From Candidatus Buchananbacteria bacterium (lineage in GTDB: Bacteria; Patescibacteriota; Patescibacteriia; 2-01-FULL-39-33), in NCBI GenBank assembly GCA_041666945.1, contig JBAYFY010000004.1:6226-70225 (forward strand): DNA of 64,000 bases, in the 5' to 3' direction. Both the position numbers and the translations under genes were made by a program. A model generated the notes under the pieces. That model did not search any database and was not told the DNA's origin. It was given only the letters and a program-made list of their open reading frames with translations. Of this stretch, positions 28,531 through 38,884 are shown one piece after another (position 1 is the stretch's first letter; each line of letters begins with the position of its first letter).

Positions 28531-29670
28531 TTAAGCCAACTGTTTTTTAACCTCTTCTATTACAGTTCTTTCCGCCTCGGCCAAGGTTGTTCCGGTCAAA
28601 ACGAATTTGGCCACATCCTTGTTGCCGGACGGGTTGAATTTACGCGCCATGAAAATGGCATCATGGTTTTTAATCGCATACACCAATACTTGCACCACCG
28701 GCACTTCACCGCGCTTGTCTTCATACATCAAGACCACGGCCTCGGTGCGCGGCATGGAAACAATCAACTCATCAATCACATCGGACAATTCTTCGGGGTT
28801 GGTGGCGGTTTCCAAAAAATCCTGCGTGGACAGCACCGACCAGACAATCCGATCATTCAGATCATTATTAAGCCGGGACAAAACACGCCCCCATAATTTC
28901 AAAGTGGACAAGAAGCGGCTTTGGTACAAATTCTGCACGATTTGATCGCGGCGCGCGCCTTTAGAGATAAGCTCGCTGGCCAGAGTCAAGGTTTTGGGCG
29001 TTACTTCCCCCGTCTTGAAATTTTTGGTCGCCATAATAATGCCGGAAAGGATGTAAGTCGCCAGATTATCATCAATCAGCGCGGCGTCATAGCCGTTAAT
29101 CAAATCATAAACCACTTCCGAACTGGAAGCGGCGGCGATATTGACTAAATTGATATTGCCGTAATACTCATTGCTGGCGGCGTGATCAATGTTGACCTTG
29201 GGCACCGAATAAAAGAAATCGGTGTTTCTCAAATACAGTTCGCCCAGCGATTCCAAATCGGGCGTGTTGATTAAAAAAACCAAATCATATTTATAACCGG
29301 AAACCGAGGTGGCGATATTGTCCGGCGTCAATTGGCCTTCCTGCGGCGTAATATAAAAATTCAATCGGCCCTCTTTGTGGTCATACTGGAACTCCGCCAA
29401 GCCGGTGGCGGTCAGATCCACCGAAACGATGAACTTCTGCAGGTTGTTCAGGGATTTTTTAATTTCACTGGCCGGCAAGTGCGCCAGGTTGGACGATTGC
29501 TTGAAATCATGGCAGACGATGTCAACTTTCTGACCTAACTTGCGCAAGAATTCGGCCAAAGCCAAAGAGCCGGAAAGCGCGTCTCCGGTCCAATCCTTCC
29601 TGAAGGCGATTAGAGTTTGCCGAGATTTTTTGACAAGCTCAAAAACCTGCTGTTGTTCGTTTAAGGCCAT
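28531..29670 (-). CDS. DHH/DHHA1-family phosphoesterase (NrnA-like) with substituted catalytic motifs
   Basis: DWTGDALSGS (DxD motif I) present; NIDHAASNEYYG has DHA instead of DHH; GGGH position reads PSGN. Confidence 0.6.
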   Translation of the reverse strand: MALNEQQQVFELVKKSRQTLIAFRKDWTGDALSGSLALAEFLRKLGQKVDIVCHDFKQSSNLAHLPASEIKKSLNNLQKFIVSVDLTATGLAEFQYDHKEGRLNFYITPQEGQLTPDNIATSVSGYKYDLVFLINTPDLESLGELYLRNTDFFYSVPKVNIDHAASNEYYGNINLVNIAAASSSEVVYDLINGYDAALIDDNLATYILSGIIMATKNFKTGEVTPKTLTLASELISKGARRDQIVQNLYQSRFLSTLKLWGRVLSRLNNDLNDRIVWSVLSTQDFLETATNPEELSDVIDELIVSMPRTEAVVLMYEDKRGEVPVVQVLVYAIKNHDAIFMARKFNPSGNKDVAKFVLTGTTLAEAERTVIEEVKKQLA

Positions 29671-29814
29671 TTTCTAAGTGTCTAACGTTTAATTCGCATT
29701 AATCTCGCGCCAACCGCGCAATACTCAATCATAGACAAATTGCCATGGACTGTCAAGGGATGAATATTAAAAAACAAAACCCTTGATTCGGTCAAGGGCG
29801 GTTTTAGCCATCGC

Positions 29815-30873
29815 TTATTCAATCATCATGCCATCGCCGAAAGAAAAAAACTTATATTTCTTTTTGATTGCCTCGCGATAAGCGGAAAAAATTTTATCCC
29901 GTCCGGCAAAAGCCGACACTAACACCAATAAAGTTGATCGGGGCAAATGGAAATTAGTGATTATGGCGTCTGTAAACTTAAACTTGTAGCCGGGATAAAT
30001 AAAAATGCCGGTTAAGCGGTTGCCGCTGCCCAAGCGGCCGGAAGAATCAGCCATGGTTTCCAGAGTCCGGACCGCCGTCGTGCCGACCGCTATGATCCGC
30101 CGGCCTTCGGCTTTGGCGCGATTCAATTTGCCGGCAGTGATCCGGTCGATCTCAATCCATTCCGCGTGCATCTTATGTTCCAATAAATTTTCCGTTTTAA
30201 CCGGCGCAAAAGTCCCCAGTCCCACATGCAAGGTTACGTATTCAATCTGCACGCCGCGGCTTTCCAATTGCCTTAAAAGTTTTTTGGTGAAATGCAAACC
30301 GGCGGTCGGCGCGGCCACCGAACCGGCTTCCTTCGCATAAACTGTTTGGTAATCTTCTAACTTCGCCTTGGCCTTAATGTAAGGCGGCAGGGGCGTCTCG
30401 CCCAAAGCGAATAATTGCTTGTCGCCGGCATTGAATTCCACCAGCCAAGTGTCGGCGCTGTCCCTGCCTGTTATTTTGGCAAAAACATCCTGGCTTAAAG
30501 CTATCTCTTGCCCCGGCTTGACCTTTCCGCCGATCAAGCATTGCCATAAATTATTTTTTTGTTTTCCGGCTTTGGGCCTGCCCGGCTTTAACGGCTTGAG
30601 CAAAAATATTTCCACTCGGCCGCCGGTATCCTTCACGCCGGACAAACGCGCCGGTATCACTTTGGAATCGTTAAAAACCAAAACATCGCCCGGCTGAAGC
30701 AAATCGGGCAAATCAAAAAAATGACGATGCCTGATCCGGCCGGTGATTTTATCCAAAATCAAAAGCCGCGCGGCGTCACGCGGTTTTATGGGTTGTTGGC
30801 CGATCAGTCGCGCCGGCAAAGAAAAATCAAATTTGGCCAGGGGGAGCGTGGCGGTTATTTTTAACGGTTTCAT
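29815..30873 (-). CDS. queA: S-adenosylmethionine:tRNA ribosyltransferase-isomerase
   Basis: FDFSLPARLIGQQP ... VFNDSKVIPARL ... AAPTAGLHFT ... VGTTAVRTLE. Confidence 0.9.
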   Translation of the reverse strand: MKPLKITATLPLAKFDFSLPARLIGQQPIKPRDAARLLILDKITGRIRHRHFFDLPDLLQPGDVLVFNDSKVIPARLSGVKDTGGRVEIFLLKPLKPGRPKAGKQKNNLWQCLIGGKVKPGQEIALSQDVFAKITGRDSADTWLVEFNAGDKQLFALGETPLPPYIKAKAKLEDYQTVYAKEAGSVAAPTAGLHFTKKLLRQLESRGVQIEYVTLHVGLGTFAPVKTENLLEHKMHAEWIEIDRITAGKLNRAKAEGRRIIAVGTTAVRTLETMADSSGRLGSGNRLTGIFIYPGYKFKFTDAIITNFHLPRSTLLVLVSAFAGRDKIFSAYREAIKKKYKFFSFGDGMMIE

Positions 30874-31381
30874 CTAAGCGTTGGATTAGGCGGGAAATCC
30901 TGACCGGGTTGCTGATGCTGGCCAAAGTAAAACTCGGATCCTTGCCGGCGGTTTCCACTTGAACGTCGCCGTAGTTAAAGATGGTCTTCAATAATCCCTT
31001 TTGATTAACGGAAACATTCTGGATGCGATAAAGCTCAATATCCGAAACAGTGCGGTTAAACAAGCCCTTTTGCGTCCGCAAAATCAATCGTTCGTTGGTC
31101 AAAGTGTCCACATCCAGATAATTGTCCATCCAAACGGTCAGCATAAACACCATAATCAAAAGGTAATAAGCGAACATTAAGGCCAGCAATACGGGCATAA
31201 TAACCAGATTGTCAAAAGCTCCCGGCGTAACAAAATTTATAAAGGCGTAAATTATCGGCGGAATGACAAACAGCGCCAGATAAGACAGGAATATGCCGAT
31301 AAAAACAAGCGGGTGCGGCCAAAGGTGAACCAGCACTAATTCCTGCGGCCGCTTATTGGGAATGGCGTTTAAATTTATCAT
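30827..31381 (-). CDS. Membrane protein with bacterial PH (YdbS/YdbT-like) domain; 47-nt overlap with queA start
   Basis: Two TM helices then LILRTQKGLFNRTVSDIELYRIQNVSVNQKGLLKTIFNYGDVQV bPH-type pattern. Confidence 0.6.
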   Translation of the reverse strand: MINLNAIPNKRPQELVLVHLWPHPLVFIGIFLSYLALFVIPPIIYAFINFVTPGAFDNLVIMPVLLALMFAYYLLIMVFMLTVWMDNYLDVDTLTNERLILRTQKGLFNRTVSDIELYRIQNVSVNQKGLLKTIFNYGDVQVETAGKDPSFTLASISNPVRISRLIQRLDETVKNNRHAPPGQI

Positions 31382-31388
31382 AATCTTT

Positions 31389-31673
31389 TTACTTAAGGGA
31401 ACTGAAAATATCGGTCAACCCGGCAATCCAGCTGGCATCAAACAGGGAGCGGCTCCAATCCAGAGTGGCCAAGGTGGTCAAGGAAAACCAAACCAGCCAA
31501 ACGGCGGCCACGGCATAAACAATCATTACGACGATATTGAGAACGGAAAAAAAACCGAATTTAAGCAAATGGTAATAATTGATCAGGGTGTACAAAATAA
31601 AAATCGCCACCACGATCAGGTAGAGCCAATAGAAAACTCCGATAGTCAGGGAAAAATCCAATTGTGAAAACAT
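31389..31673 (-). CDS. Small membrane protein (3 TM)
   Basis: 94 aa hydrophobic ORF upstream of and co-directional with the PH-domain protein. Confidence 0.5.
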   Translation of the reverse strand: MFSQLDFSLTIGVFYWLYLIVVAIFILYTLINYYHLLKFGFFSVLNIVVMIVYAVAAVWLVWFSLTTLATLDWSRSLFDASWIAGLTDIFSSLK

Positions 31674-31757
31674 ATGATTTAGATTCGGTTTTCTTATTGT
31701 TATTATTGTTATTCCGAACGCAACGCAAGGATAGGGGAAGCGGAAGCAAGGAATTTC

Positions 31758-32789
31758 TTAAATAAGTTTCTCCCGCAGATTGGCCGGCGGCGTAACGCCC
31801 AAATGCTTATACGCTCCTTCAGCCAGAACGCGGCCGCGGGAAGTGCGGTTAATGAAACCCAACTGCAATAAAAACGGTTCAATCACGTCTTCAATCGTAT
31901 CCATATCCTCGGACAAGGCCGCGGAAATAGTGTTTAAGCCGACCGGGCCGCCGTTGAATTTCTCCAGCAATAATTTCAAATACAAATGATCGACATGATC
32001 CAAACCCAGCTCGTCAACCTCCAATAATTGCAAGGCCTCGTTGGCCGTCTCTTCATTAATCTTACCATCTTTTTTGACTTGGGCAAAGTCGCGGACGCGC
32101 TTTAGCAGACGATTGGCGATGCGCGGCGTTTGGCGGGCGCGGCCGGCGATAATCTCTTGAGCCGATTCATTCATCTCAATTGACAATATTTTGGCGGCGC
32201 GGGAAATAATCTCGCCGATTTCCTGCTTATTATAAAAATTCAAACGGAAAACATTGCCGAAGCGATCGCGCAAAGGCGAAGACAAGCCGCTGATTTTGGT
32301 GGTTGCTCCCACCAAAGTGAATTTGGGCAGATTAAGCCGCAGCGTCCGGGCTGACGGTCCTTTGCCGATGACAATATCCAAAGCGTAATCTTCCATGGCC
32401 GGATACAGCACCTCTTCAATGGATTTGTTCAGGCGATGGATTTCATCCACGAATAAAATATCGCCTTCATTGAGATTAGTCAGAATCGCCGCCAAATCGC
32501 CGGTGCGTTCAATCGCCGGACCGGAAGTTATTTTAATGTTGGCGCCCATTTCGTTGGCGATGATATGCGCCAAAGTGGTTTTGCCCAGTCCCGGAGGGCC
32601 GAAAATCAAAACATGTTCCAGGGGTTCGCTCCTGGTCTTGGCCGCCGCCATAAATATCTGCAAGTTGTCTTTAACCGCCTGCTGGCCAACGTATTCGCCC
32701 AACGATTTGGGGCGCAAAGTCAGATCCAAAACAGTATCATTGCCGTCGTCCTGGGCGGCAATTACGCGGTCTTCCGCCATTTCTGCCAT
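31758..32789 (-). CDS. ruvB: Holliday junction branch migration helicase RuvB
   Basis: Walker [12 protein letters not shown], sensor motifs, winged-helix C-term; 343 aa. Confidence 0.9.
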   Translation of the reverse strand: MAEMAEDRVIAAQDDGNDTVLDLTLRPKSLGEYVGQQAVKDNLQIFMAAAKTRSEPLEHVLIFGPPGLGKTTLAHIIANEMGANIKITSGPAIERTGDLAAILTNLNEGDILFVDEIHRLNKSIEEVLYPAMEDYALDIVIGKGPSARTLRLNLPKFTLVGATTKISGLSSPLRDRFGNVFRLNFYNKQEIGEIISRAAKILSIEMNESAQEIIAGRARQTPRIANRLLKRVRDFAQVKKDGKINEETANEALQLLEVDELGLDHVDHLYLKLLLEKFNGGPVGLNTISAALSEDMDTIEDVIEPFLLQLGFINRTSRGRVLAEGAYKHLGVTPPANLREKLI

Positions 32790-32972
32790 ATGGCGTTATC
32801 TTAACATAAATAACCTGAAAAACCAAAACTCTTGTTCCGGCGCTTGACAAAAAACTAAGATATGATAAAATGATGAATCATCAATTTTGATGAGCCGTAC
32901 ATTAAGCTGTCAGCAGTTGTCAGCAGTTGGCCAAAAACCAAACCGCCCCAAAGGGCAAGAAAGGGAACGCTC

Positions 32973-33509
32973 ATGAAGTTTACGAGATTTTTGGAATTGG
33001 TGCTGGAAAATCCGGAAAGGACAGGAGAAATTTTGGCTGAATTTATCCGATCAAACCAAGAGCGGATAAACACGTTAAGCCAAGCGGCAATTATAGCCGA
33101 AAATATCGCCGATGGATTGTCCAAAGAAACCGTCACTCCGTTAATGGGAACATTGAACGATTTGCTGTCGGCAATCGGCGGCGTCGGCGGCACAGCCATA
33201 AAAGATCTGAACCCCAGCATCATCGCCCTGATTGAGTTCGCCTTAAACGAATTCGTCGAGGTCAGCGATAGCATCGAAGATGCGCGAGGACGATTCTTCA
33301 ATGCGCGGGCGAGCATGAGGAAAGCTCAACTTTTCTCATATATAAATACCGGCTGCTTCACGCGTTCCGAAGCCATGGCGCTGGTTCTGGCCGACATGGG
33401 TTCGGGCGGCATTCTTTCCACCGCCGGCAAGGCCGCGCAGAGCGCCAATGGAGCGCTTAAAAACGTGGGCGGCGTGGTTGAAACCGCAAGTCGTGTCCGC
33501 AAAAAATAA
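32973..33509 (+). CDS. Hypothetical protein
   Basis: Chosen over overlapping minus ORF 32855-33316 because of upstream TTGACA-N16-TAAAAT, RBS aaagggaa and downstream terminator 33524-33555. Confidence 0.5.
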   Translation: MKFTRFLELVLENPERTGEILAEFIRSNQERINTLSQAAIIAENIADGLSKETVTPLMGTLNDLLSAIGGVGGTAIKDLNPSIIALIEFALNEFVEVSDSIEDARGRFFNARASMRKAQLFSYINTGCFTRSEAMALVLADMGSGGILSTAGKAAQSANGALKNVGGVVETASRVRKK

Positions 33510-33523
33510 TTCAAACGTACCAT

Positions 33524-33555
33524 ACGGAAGCTGTCGCGGCTTCCGTTTTCATTTT
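33524..33555 (+). terminator. Rho-independent terminator
   Basis: acggaagc-tgtcgcg-gcttccgt followed by tttcattttg. Confidence 0.6.
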
Positions 33556-33602
33556 GCAAGCATTTTATTTTACAGGTACCGATGTGTTCTGATTTGGCAA
33601 AT

Positions 33603-33631
33603 TTGACAAAAAGCCAAAAATAACATATAAT
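33603..33631 (+). promoter_or_regulatory. Consensus sigma70 promoter TTGACA-N17-TATAAT
   Basis: tttgacaaaaagccaaaaataacatataat ~75 nt upstream of small ORF 33707. Confidence 0.55.
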
Positions 33632-33706
33632 GAACTGATTTGGGACTTTAAAAACTTAAGGAAAGATAAAAAACGCGGGAATCCAAACAATAAGGAGCGT
33701 GGGATA

Positions 33707-33829
33707 ATGAGTAAACAACAAAGAAAAGGAAAACGCGCTTCGGTCAAACGGAAAGGCAAAAACGCCGGTCCAAAACAACCGACACCGGCCATGAAAAAAG
33801 CCAAACGCTATCGCCAACAAAAAGATTAA
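33707..33829 (+). CDS. Small (40 aa) lysine/arginine-rich protein MSKQQRKGKRASVKRKGKNAGPKQPTPAMKKAKRYRQQKD, not in ORF track
   Basis: AAGGAG Shine-Dalgarno 8 nt upstream of ATG, consensus promoter upstream, in-frame TAA; pI very high. Confidence 0.5.
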   Translation: MSKQQRKGKRASVKRKGKNAGPKQPTPAMKKAKRYRQQKD

Positions 33830-33856
33830 TGAAAATGAAAAGGAAGGAAACAAAAA

Positions 33857-34390
33857 ATGATAAGAACCAGGAAAGCGCCAGTATTGGGAACCAGGAAAGC
33901 GCCAGTATTTGTTTTTTTGAAAGATCCAAAAAAAACCCGCAAAGAAATAAAGCGCAAGGGTTATTATGAATTAATCGCCTGCTTCTTTAAGCAAGGCGTC
34001 CACATTACTTTTTTAATGCATAGTTATGACGAGAATGTTTACCTTAGCAATATAGGTGAAGCGGCTTTATGCGGCTCATGCGATCTTTGCCCTGGCAATA
34101 AAAGCACGCATGGATCAATGCGTTGTTTATTGGATAAAGATGATGATGATAGCTGCCTGGACATAATTGACGCTGGCAGACAAATCGTAAAGGTAGCAAA
34201 AAGTAATTCTTTAAACGGGGAAAAACAAATTCCGACGATGAAAAAAACAAGGTGTTCCCGGCCGGCTAAATTAGGGATAACCCAAATACGCCTCAAACCG
34301 ATGAGAACGGAAAATTGGTGGGATATTATCCAGGAAATAAAAGCGCAATCTAAAAAAATCAAACGCCGCCAGCCAAAACGAGGAGAATAA
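33857..34390 (+). CDS. Hypothetical basic protein with Cys cluster; N-terminal RKAPVLGT duplication from a 22-bp tandem DNA repeat
   Basis: 177 aa; gaaccaggaaagcgccagtatt x2 at 33866-33909; CGSCDLC motif. Confidence 0.5.
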   Translation: MIRTRKAPVLGTRKAPVFVFLKDPKKTRKEIKRKGYYELIACFFKQGVHITFLMHSYDENVYLSNIGEAALCGSCDLCPGNKSTHGSMRCLLDKDDDDSCLDIIDAGRQIVKVAKSNSLNGEKQIPTMKKTRCSRPAKLGITQIRLKPMRTENWWDIIQEIKAQSKKIKRRQPKRGE

Positions 34391-34392
34391 AC

Positions 34393-34635
34393 ATGCCGGA
34401 AAACCAACCAGTACAAAAACCGCTTGACCCGCTAAGAAAAATCATGGCCGATTTGAATAAGGAAAAATGCCCGGCCTGCGGCGGCACCGGCCGAACGCGT
34501 AATCTGGAAGATCCCTATAACCGCAGTAGCACCGGTAACACATGTCCAACGTGCGGCGGCAGCGGCAGTAAAGCCACTATTAGAGCCAAACTGATCAAGC
34601 CGGTGGAAAGAGGGCCGCATAAAAAACCAAACTGA
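34393..34635 (+). CDS. Small zinc-ribbon protein (CPACGG...CPTCGG)
   Basis: 80 aa, two CxxCGG pairs, AGGAGA RBS. Confidence 0.55.
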   Translation: MPENQPVQKPLDPLRKIMADLNKEKCPACGGTGRTRNLEDPYNRSSTGNTCPTCGGSGSKATIRAKLIKPVERGPHKKPN

Positions 34636-34707
34636 AATCACACCAGCACTTTATACCCCCACTCCAGCCAGCGAGTTGGGGTTTTATTTTTCTTACAAAA
34701 AGCCGTC

Positions 34708-34736
34708 TTGACACCAATTTATCTTTGCGTTATATT
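34708..34736 (+). promoter_or_regulatory. Sigma70 promoter TTGACA-N17-TATATT for hrcA operon
   Basis: cttgacaccaatttatctttgcgttatatt. Confidence 0.6.
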
Positions 34737-34740
34737 TAAA

Positions 34741-34767
34741 TTAGCACTCTCTCTATTAGAGTGCTAA
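34741..34767 (+). promoter_or_regulatory. CIRCE operator (HrcA binding site) TTAGCACTC-N9-GAGTGCTAA
   Basis: Perfect match to CIRCE consensus ttagcactctctctattagagtgctaa directly after the -10. Confidence 0.9.
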
Positions 34768-34795
34768 TAGAGAGAACATCTAATTTTAGCCATTT

Positions 34796-35488
34796 ATGGA
34801 AGCCAGGCAAGAACAATTGCTTAAAGCCATAGTTGAAGAATACGTCAAAACCGCCCAGCCGGTCGGTTCTTCGCATTTGGCGGAAAAATACTTTTCCGAC
34901 TTAAGCCCGGCCACCATCAGAAATGAACTGGCGGAACTGGAAGAGCAGGGCCTGATTTATCAGCCCCACACCTCCGCCGGCCGCATTCCCGCTATTTTAG
35001 GTTATCAATATTACGTCAGCCATTTTGTTATTGACAGCCGCATCTCCGATAAAGATCAAGATGAATTGGCCAACCTTGATTTGGCCAAGGATCACGACAG
35101 CATCAAAACCTTGGCCAAACAGCTTTCCGGCTTAGCCGAACAAACCGTTATCATCGCTTTTTCGGCTAATGATTTGTATTATACCGGCTTGTCGCACTTG
35201 TTCCGCCAGCCGGAATTCACCAACCTGTCACTCGTTTGCACCATGTCCGACATTATTGATGATTTGGATCGGGTGATTAATTGGTATTTTCCGCAGGCCG
35301 ACGAAATGCCGCAAATACTGATAGGCGACAGCTGTCCTTTCGGCCGCGACGCTTCGGCTATAATTGCCAAAGCTGGATTGTCAGGGCGTCCTTTAGTCAT
35401 CAGTATTCTCGGCCCCCTGCGCATGGACTACAAAAAGAATCTGGGACTGATCAAATACGCTCAAGAATTAATCAATAAAATTAATTAG
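34796..35488 (+). CDS. hrcA: Heat-inducible transcription repressor HrcA (short, 230 aa)
   Basis: N-terminal wHTH LLKAIVEEYVKTAQPVGSSHLAEKY, C-terminal GPLRMDYKK; preceded by CIRCE. Confidence 0.8.
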   Translation: MEARQEQLLKAIVEEYVKTAQPVGSSHLAEKYFSDLSPATIRNELAELEEQGLIYQPHTSAGRIPAILGYQYYVSHFVIDSRISDKDQDELANLDLAKDHDSIKTLAKQLSGLAEQTVIIAFSANDLYYTGLSHLFRQPEFTNLSLVCTMSDIIDDLDRVINWYFPQADEMPQILIGDSCPFGRDASAIIAKAGLSGRPLVISILGPLRMDYKKNLGLIKYAQELINKIN

Positions 35489-35502
35489 CCATAATATAAT
35501 TT

Positions 35503-35982
35503 ATGTCCGAAGAACAATCCCTTGAGCAATTGCAAGAGGAACTGATAAAAGAAAAAGAGAAAGCCGCCGAACTTTTGGCCGGTTGGCAAAGAGCCAAAGC
35601 CGATTACCTGAATCTGAAAAAAGACGAAGAAAAAAAAGCCAAGGAAACTTTTGAGTGGGCTAATGCCGCTTTCATGTCCGAAATCCTGCCTGTTTATTCC
35701 CATTTCAAATTGGCCTTGCAACACATCCCTGAAGACCAGAAAAAGTTGCCCTGGGTGGAAGGCGTGATTTTTATCCAAAAAACCTTTCAGGATTTTTTAA
35801 AAAAATACCAAATAAAGGAAATCAAAACTGTCGGTGAAAAATTCGATCCAAATCTGCACGAAGCTTTGACGCATGAAGAAAAAGATGGCTATGAAGCGGA
35901 TGTGATTTTTGAAGAAGTGGCGCCGGGCTATTTGTTAGACGGCAAAGTGCTCCTGCCGGCCAAAGTCAAGGTAGCCAAATAA
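35503..35982 (+). CDS. grpE: Nucleotide exchange factor GrpE
   Basis: Coiled-coil N-term, C-terminal FDPNLHEAL...beta domain. Confidence 0.85.
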   Translation: MSEEQSLEQLQEELIKEKEKAAELLAGWQRAKADYLNLKKDEEKKAKETFEWANAAFMSEILPVYSHFKLALQHIPEDQKKLPWVEGVIFIQKTFQDFLKKYQIKEIKTVGEKFDPNLHEALTHEEKDGYEADVIFEEVAPGYLLDGKVLLPAKVKVAK

Positions 35983-35985
35983 AAT

Positions 35986-36438
35986 TTGAATTATCAAATA
36001 TTAACCGTCAAACATATGCCAATTATCAAATGGACTCCTTTTCCCTTCGTCGATTCCTTTGACGAAGCGGAAAAAATAATGGGCGACTGGCCCATCACTG
36101 CCGGCTCATTCACTCCGGCCATAGATGTTTACGAAGACAAAGACAATGTCGTAGTGGAAGCGCCCTTGGCCGGGATTGATCCGGACAAAGTGGAAATCGC
36201 CATTGAAAACAACATTTTAACCATCAAAGGCGAAAATGAAAAGAAAACCGAGGTGGAAGATAAAAATTATTATCGCAAAGAAGTGCGCACCGGGTCTTTC
36301 TACCGTTCGGTGGCTCTGCCCTCCAAAGTGGAAAGCGACAAAGCCCAAGCGGCTTATGACAAAGGCATCTTAAAAATCACTTTGCCCAAATCGCCGGAAG
36401 CCAAACCGAAAACAATTAAAGTGAACATTACCAAATAA
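35986..36438 (+). CDS. Hsp20/alpha-crystallin family small heat-shock protein
   Basis: AIDVYEDKDNVVVEAPLAG ... GILKITLPK alpha-crystallin domain. Confidence 0.85.
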   Translation: MNYQILTVKHMPIIKWTPFPFVDSFDEAEKIMGDWPITAGSFTPAIDVYEDKDNVVVEAPLAGIDPDKVEIAIENNILTIKGENEKKTEVEDKNYYRKEVRTGSFYRSVALPSKVESDKAQAAYDKGILKITLPKSPEAKPKTIKVNITK

Positions 36439-36578
36439 TTTTCTTATAAAATAATTTGCTTATAAAATCGGCGGAGTTATTCTCGGCCGATGAGATAAGA
36501 AAATTAATGAAAAATAATTACGTCGGAACGAGCGTTCCGACGTAATAAAGTGCGTTGATAACTTACCATATTCTTTTT

Positions 36579-36779
36579 TTATAACTCATAGCTCTCCGTG
36601 GCCATGTCACAAATGAAGGCAAGAATTATTACAAAAATGAATATGAATGTTACAACAAAAGCGTTAAACCCCATCACACTTACCAGAAGCACCCCCAGCA
36701 AAGCGACTGCGATGGTGCGGGGAAGATAAAACAAAGCAACTATTACGGCCAAAATCCCGATAATCGTAAAAAAAGTCAT
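36579..36779 (-). CDS. Possible small 2-TM membrane protein encoded antisense within the heat-shock locus
   Basis: ORF 36579-36830, start assumed at MTFFTIIGIL; hairpin acgtcggaac-gagc-gttccgacgt downstream. Confidence 0.35.
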   Translation of the reverse strand: MTFFTIIGILAVIVALFYLPRTIAVALLGVLLVSVMGFNAFVVTFIFIFVIILAFICDMATESYEL

Positions 36780-36933
36780 GCCATCCTCCTTCTTGCGGGT
36801 ATTTACCCTTATGTTGTTACAGACCGTCAATCATTAACCATAAAAACTTAAACTGCATGATTGAATACCTAATTATAGCAAATATCATTAAATAAGTCAA
36901 TAGTTAAAAATAATCCAAAATTAAACAAAAAAT

Positions 36934-38844
36934 ATGTCAAAAATCTTAGGAATTGATTTGGGCACGACCAATTCGTGCATGGCGGTCATTGAAGGCGGCC
37001 AGCCGAAAGTTTTAGAAAATAAAGAGGGAGCGCGCACCACGCCGTCAATTGTGGCGCAAAATAAGGCCGGCGAACGCCTGGTGGGCATTGCCGCCAAACG
37101 CCAGGCCGTTACCAATCCAGCCAACACCTTGTTTTCCATCAAGCGTCTAATGGGCCGCGCCTTTACCGATAGTGAAGTGCAAAGGGATATCACTCTCATG
37201 CCTTACAAAATCGTTAAGGCCGGCAATGGCGTCAAGATAGAAATGGCCGGCAAAGAATACAGCCCGCAGGAAATCTCGGCCATGGTTTTAACCAAACTCA
37301 AAGAAGACGCCGAGGCCAAACTGGGTGAAAAAATAACCGAAGCAGTCATCACCGTACCGGCTTATTTTGACGATTCCCAACGCCAGGCCACCAAGGACGC
37401 CGGTGAAATCGCCGGATTAAAAGTCCTGCGCATTATCAATGAACCGACCGCGGCCGCTTTGGCTTACGGCTTTGAAAAGAAAAAGGGCCAGCAAATCGCT
37501 GTTTATGATTTGGGCGGCGGCACTTTTGACATTTCCATTCTGGATGTTTCCGCCGACACCGTGGAAGTCAAATCCACTAACGGCGACACTCATTTGGGCG
37601 GCGATGATTTTGACTTGAAAATAATGAATTGGATTATTGATGAATTCAAAAAACAGGAGGGCATTGATTTGTCCAAAGATGTTACGGCCCTGCAACGTGT
37701 CAAAGAAGCGGCGGAAAAAGCCAAAATTGAACTTTCCACGCAGATGGAAACGGAAATCAATCAGCCCTTCATCACTATGGGCGCCGATAATTCTCCCAAG
37801 CACCTGAATATCCGCGTCAGCCGCTCGCAACTGGAATCGTTAGTCGGCGACTTAGTGGAACAAACCTTTGGGCCGGTCAAGAAAGCCCTGGCCGATGCCA
37901 ATATGTCAGCCAAAGACGTGGAAGAAATTGTGATGGTCGGCGGCATGACCCGTATGCCTTTGGTGCAAAAAAAAGTTGAGGAATTTTTCGGCAAGAAACC
38001 GAATATCTCCGTCAATCCTGACGAGGTTGTGGCTTTGGGCGCGGCCGTGCAGGCCGGCGTGCTGCAAGGCGATGTCAAAGACGTTTTGTTGCTTGATGTT
38101 ACCCCTTTGACTTTGGGCTTGGAGACCTTGGGCGGCGTCATGACGCCGTTAATTGACAGAAACACCACTATTCCGACTTCCAAAAGCCAGGTTTTCTCCA
38201 CCGCGGCCGATAACCAGCCGGGCGTGGAAATCCATGTGCTTCAGGGCGAACGTCCCATGGCCGCGGATAACAAAACTCTGGGCCGGTTTATGTTAGACGG
38301 CATCCCGCCGGCGCCGCGCGGCGTTCCGCAGATTGAAGTGACTTTTGACATTGACGCCAATGGCATCTTAAACGTCAAAGCGCAAGACAAAGCCACCAAC
38401 CGCGAACAAAAAATCACTATCACTGCTTCTTCCGCTTTATCCAAAGAAGACATTGAGAAAATGAAAAAAGACGCGGAACTGAACGCCGAGGCCGACAAAC
38501 AAAAGCGCGAATTGATTGACTTGAAAAATCAAGCCGAGTCGCTGATTTTCACCTGCGAAAAAACCTTAAAAGACGCGGGAGACAAAGTATCAGCTGAAGA
38601 TCGCAAGAATGTGATGGACAAAGTTGAAGATTTGAAAAAAGCCAAGGATGGCGCGGATAAGGATTTGATCAAGAAAAACTATGACGCCCTGTCCGAAACC
38701 ATCCAAAAAATCGGCGCCGCCATGTATCAGTCCGCCCCCGGTGGCAATCCTGCTCAAGCCGGAGGAGAAGCGCCCCCAGGCGCCGCCGGAACGGGAACTG
38801 CCGGCGAACCGGTTGAAGCGCAATATGAAGAGGTCAAAAAGTAA
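36934..38844 (+). CDS. dnaK: Molecular chaperone DnaK (Hsp70)
   Basis: [16 protein letters not shown], full Hsp70 architecture, 636 aa. Confidence 0.95.
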   Translation: MSKILGIDLGTTNSCMAVIEGGQPKVLENKEGARTTPSIVAQNKAGERLVGIAAKRQAVTNPANTLFSIKRLMGRAFTDSEVQRDITLMPYKIVKAGNGVKIEMAGKEYSPQEISAMVLTKLKEDAEAKLGEKITEAVITVPAYFDDSQRQATKDAGEIAGLKVLRIINEPTAAALAYGFEKKKGQQIAVYDLGGGTFDISILDVSADTVEVKSTNGDTHLGGDDFDLKIMNWIIDEFKKQEGIDLSKDVTALQRVKEAAEKAKIELSTQMETEINQPFITMGADNSPKHLNIRVSRSQLESLVGDLVEQTFGPVKKALADANMSAKDVEEIVMVGGMTRMPLVQKKVEEFFGKKPNISVNPDEVVALGAAVQAGVLQGDVKDVLLLDVTPLTLGLETLGGVMTPLIDRNTTIPTSKSQVFSTAADNQPGVEIHVLQGERPMAADNKTLGRFMLDGIPPAPRGVPQIEVTFDIDANGILNVKAQDKATNREQKITITASSALSKEDIEKMKKDAELNAEADKQKRELIDLKNQAESLIFTCEKTLKDAGDKVSAEDRKNVMDKVEDLKKAKDGADKDLIKKNYDALSETIQKIGAAMYQSAPGGNPAQAGGEAPPGAAGTGTAGEPVEAQYEEVKK

Positions 38845-38884
38845 TAAGTAATGAGTAAAAATAACTAATAATTTTCTGACGTTA

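Noticed and set aside
32855-33316. 153-aa minus-strand ORF overlapping 32973-33509
   Set aside because: The + strand ORF has an upstream promoter-like sequence, RBS and a downstream terminator hairpin; the minus ORF has none. Choice remains low-confidence.
33565-33929. Three overlapping minus-strand ORFs (33565-33804, 33656-33853, 33744-33929)
   Set aside because: Phe/Leu-rich antisense of the Lys-rich small + strand genes; the + strand has promoter and SD signals.
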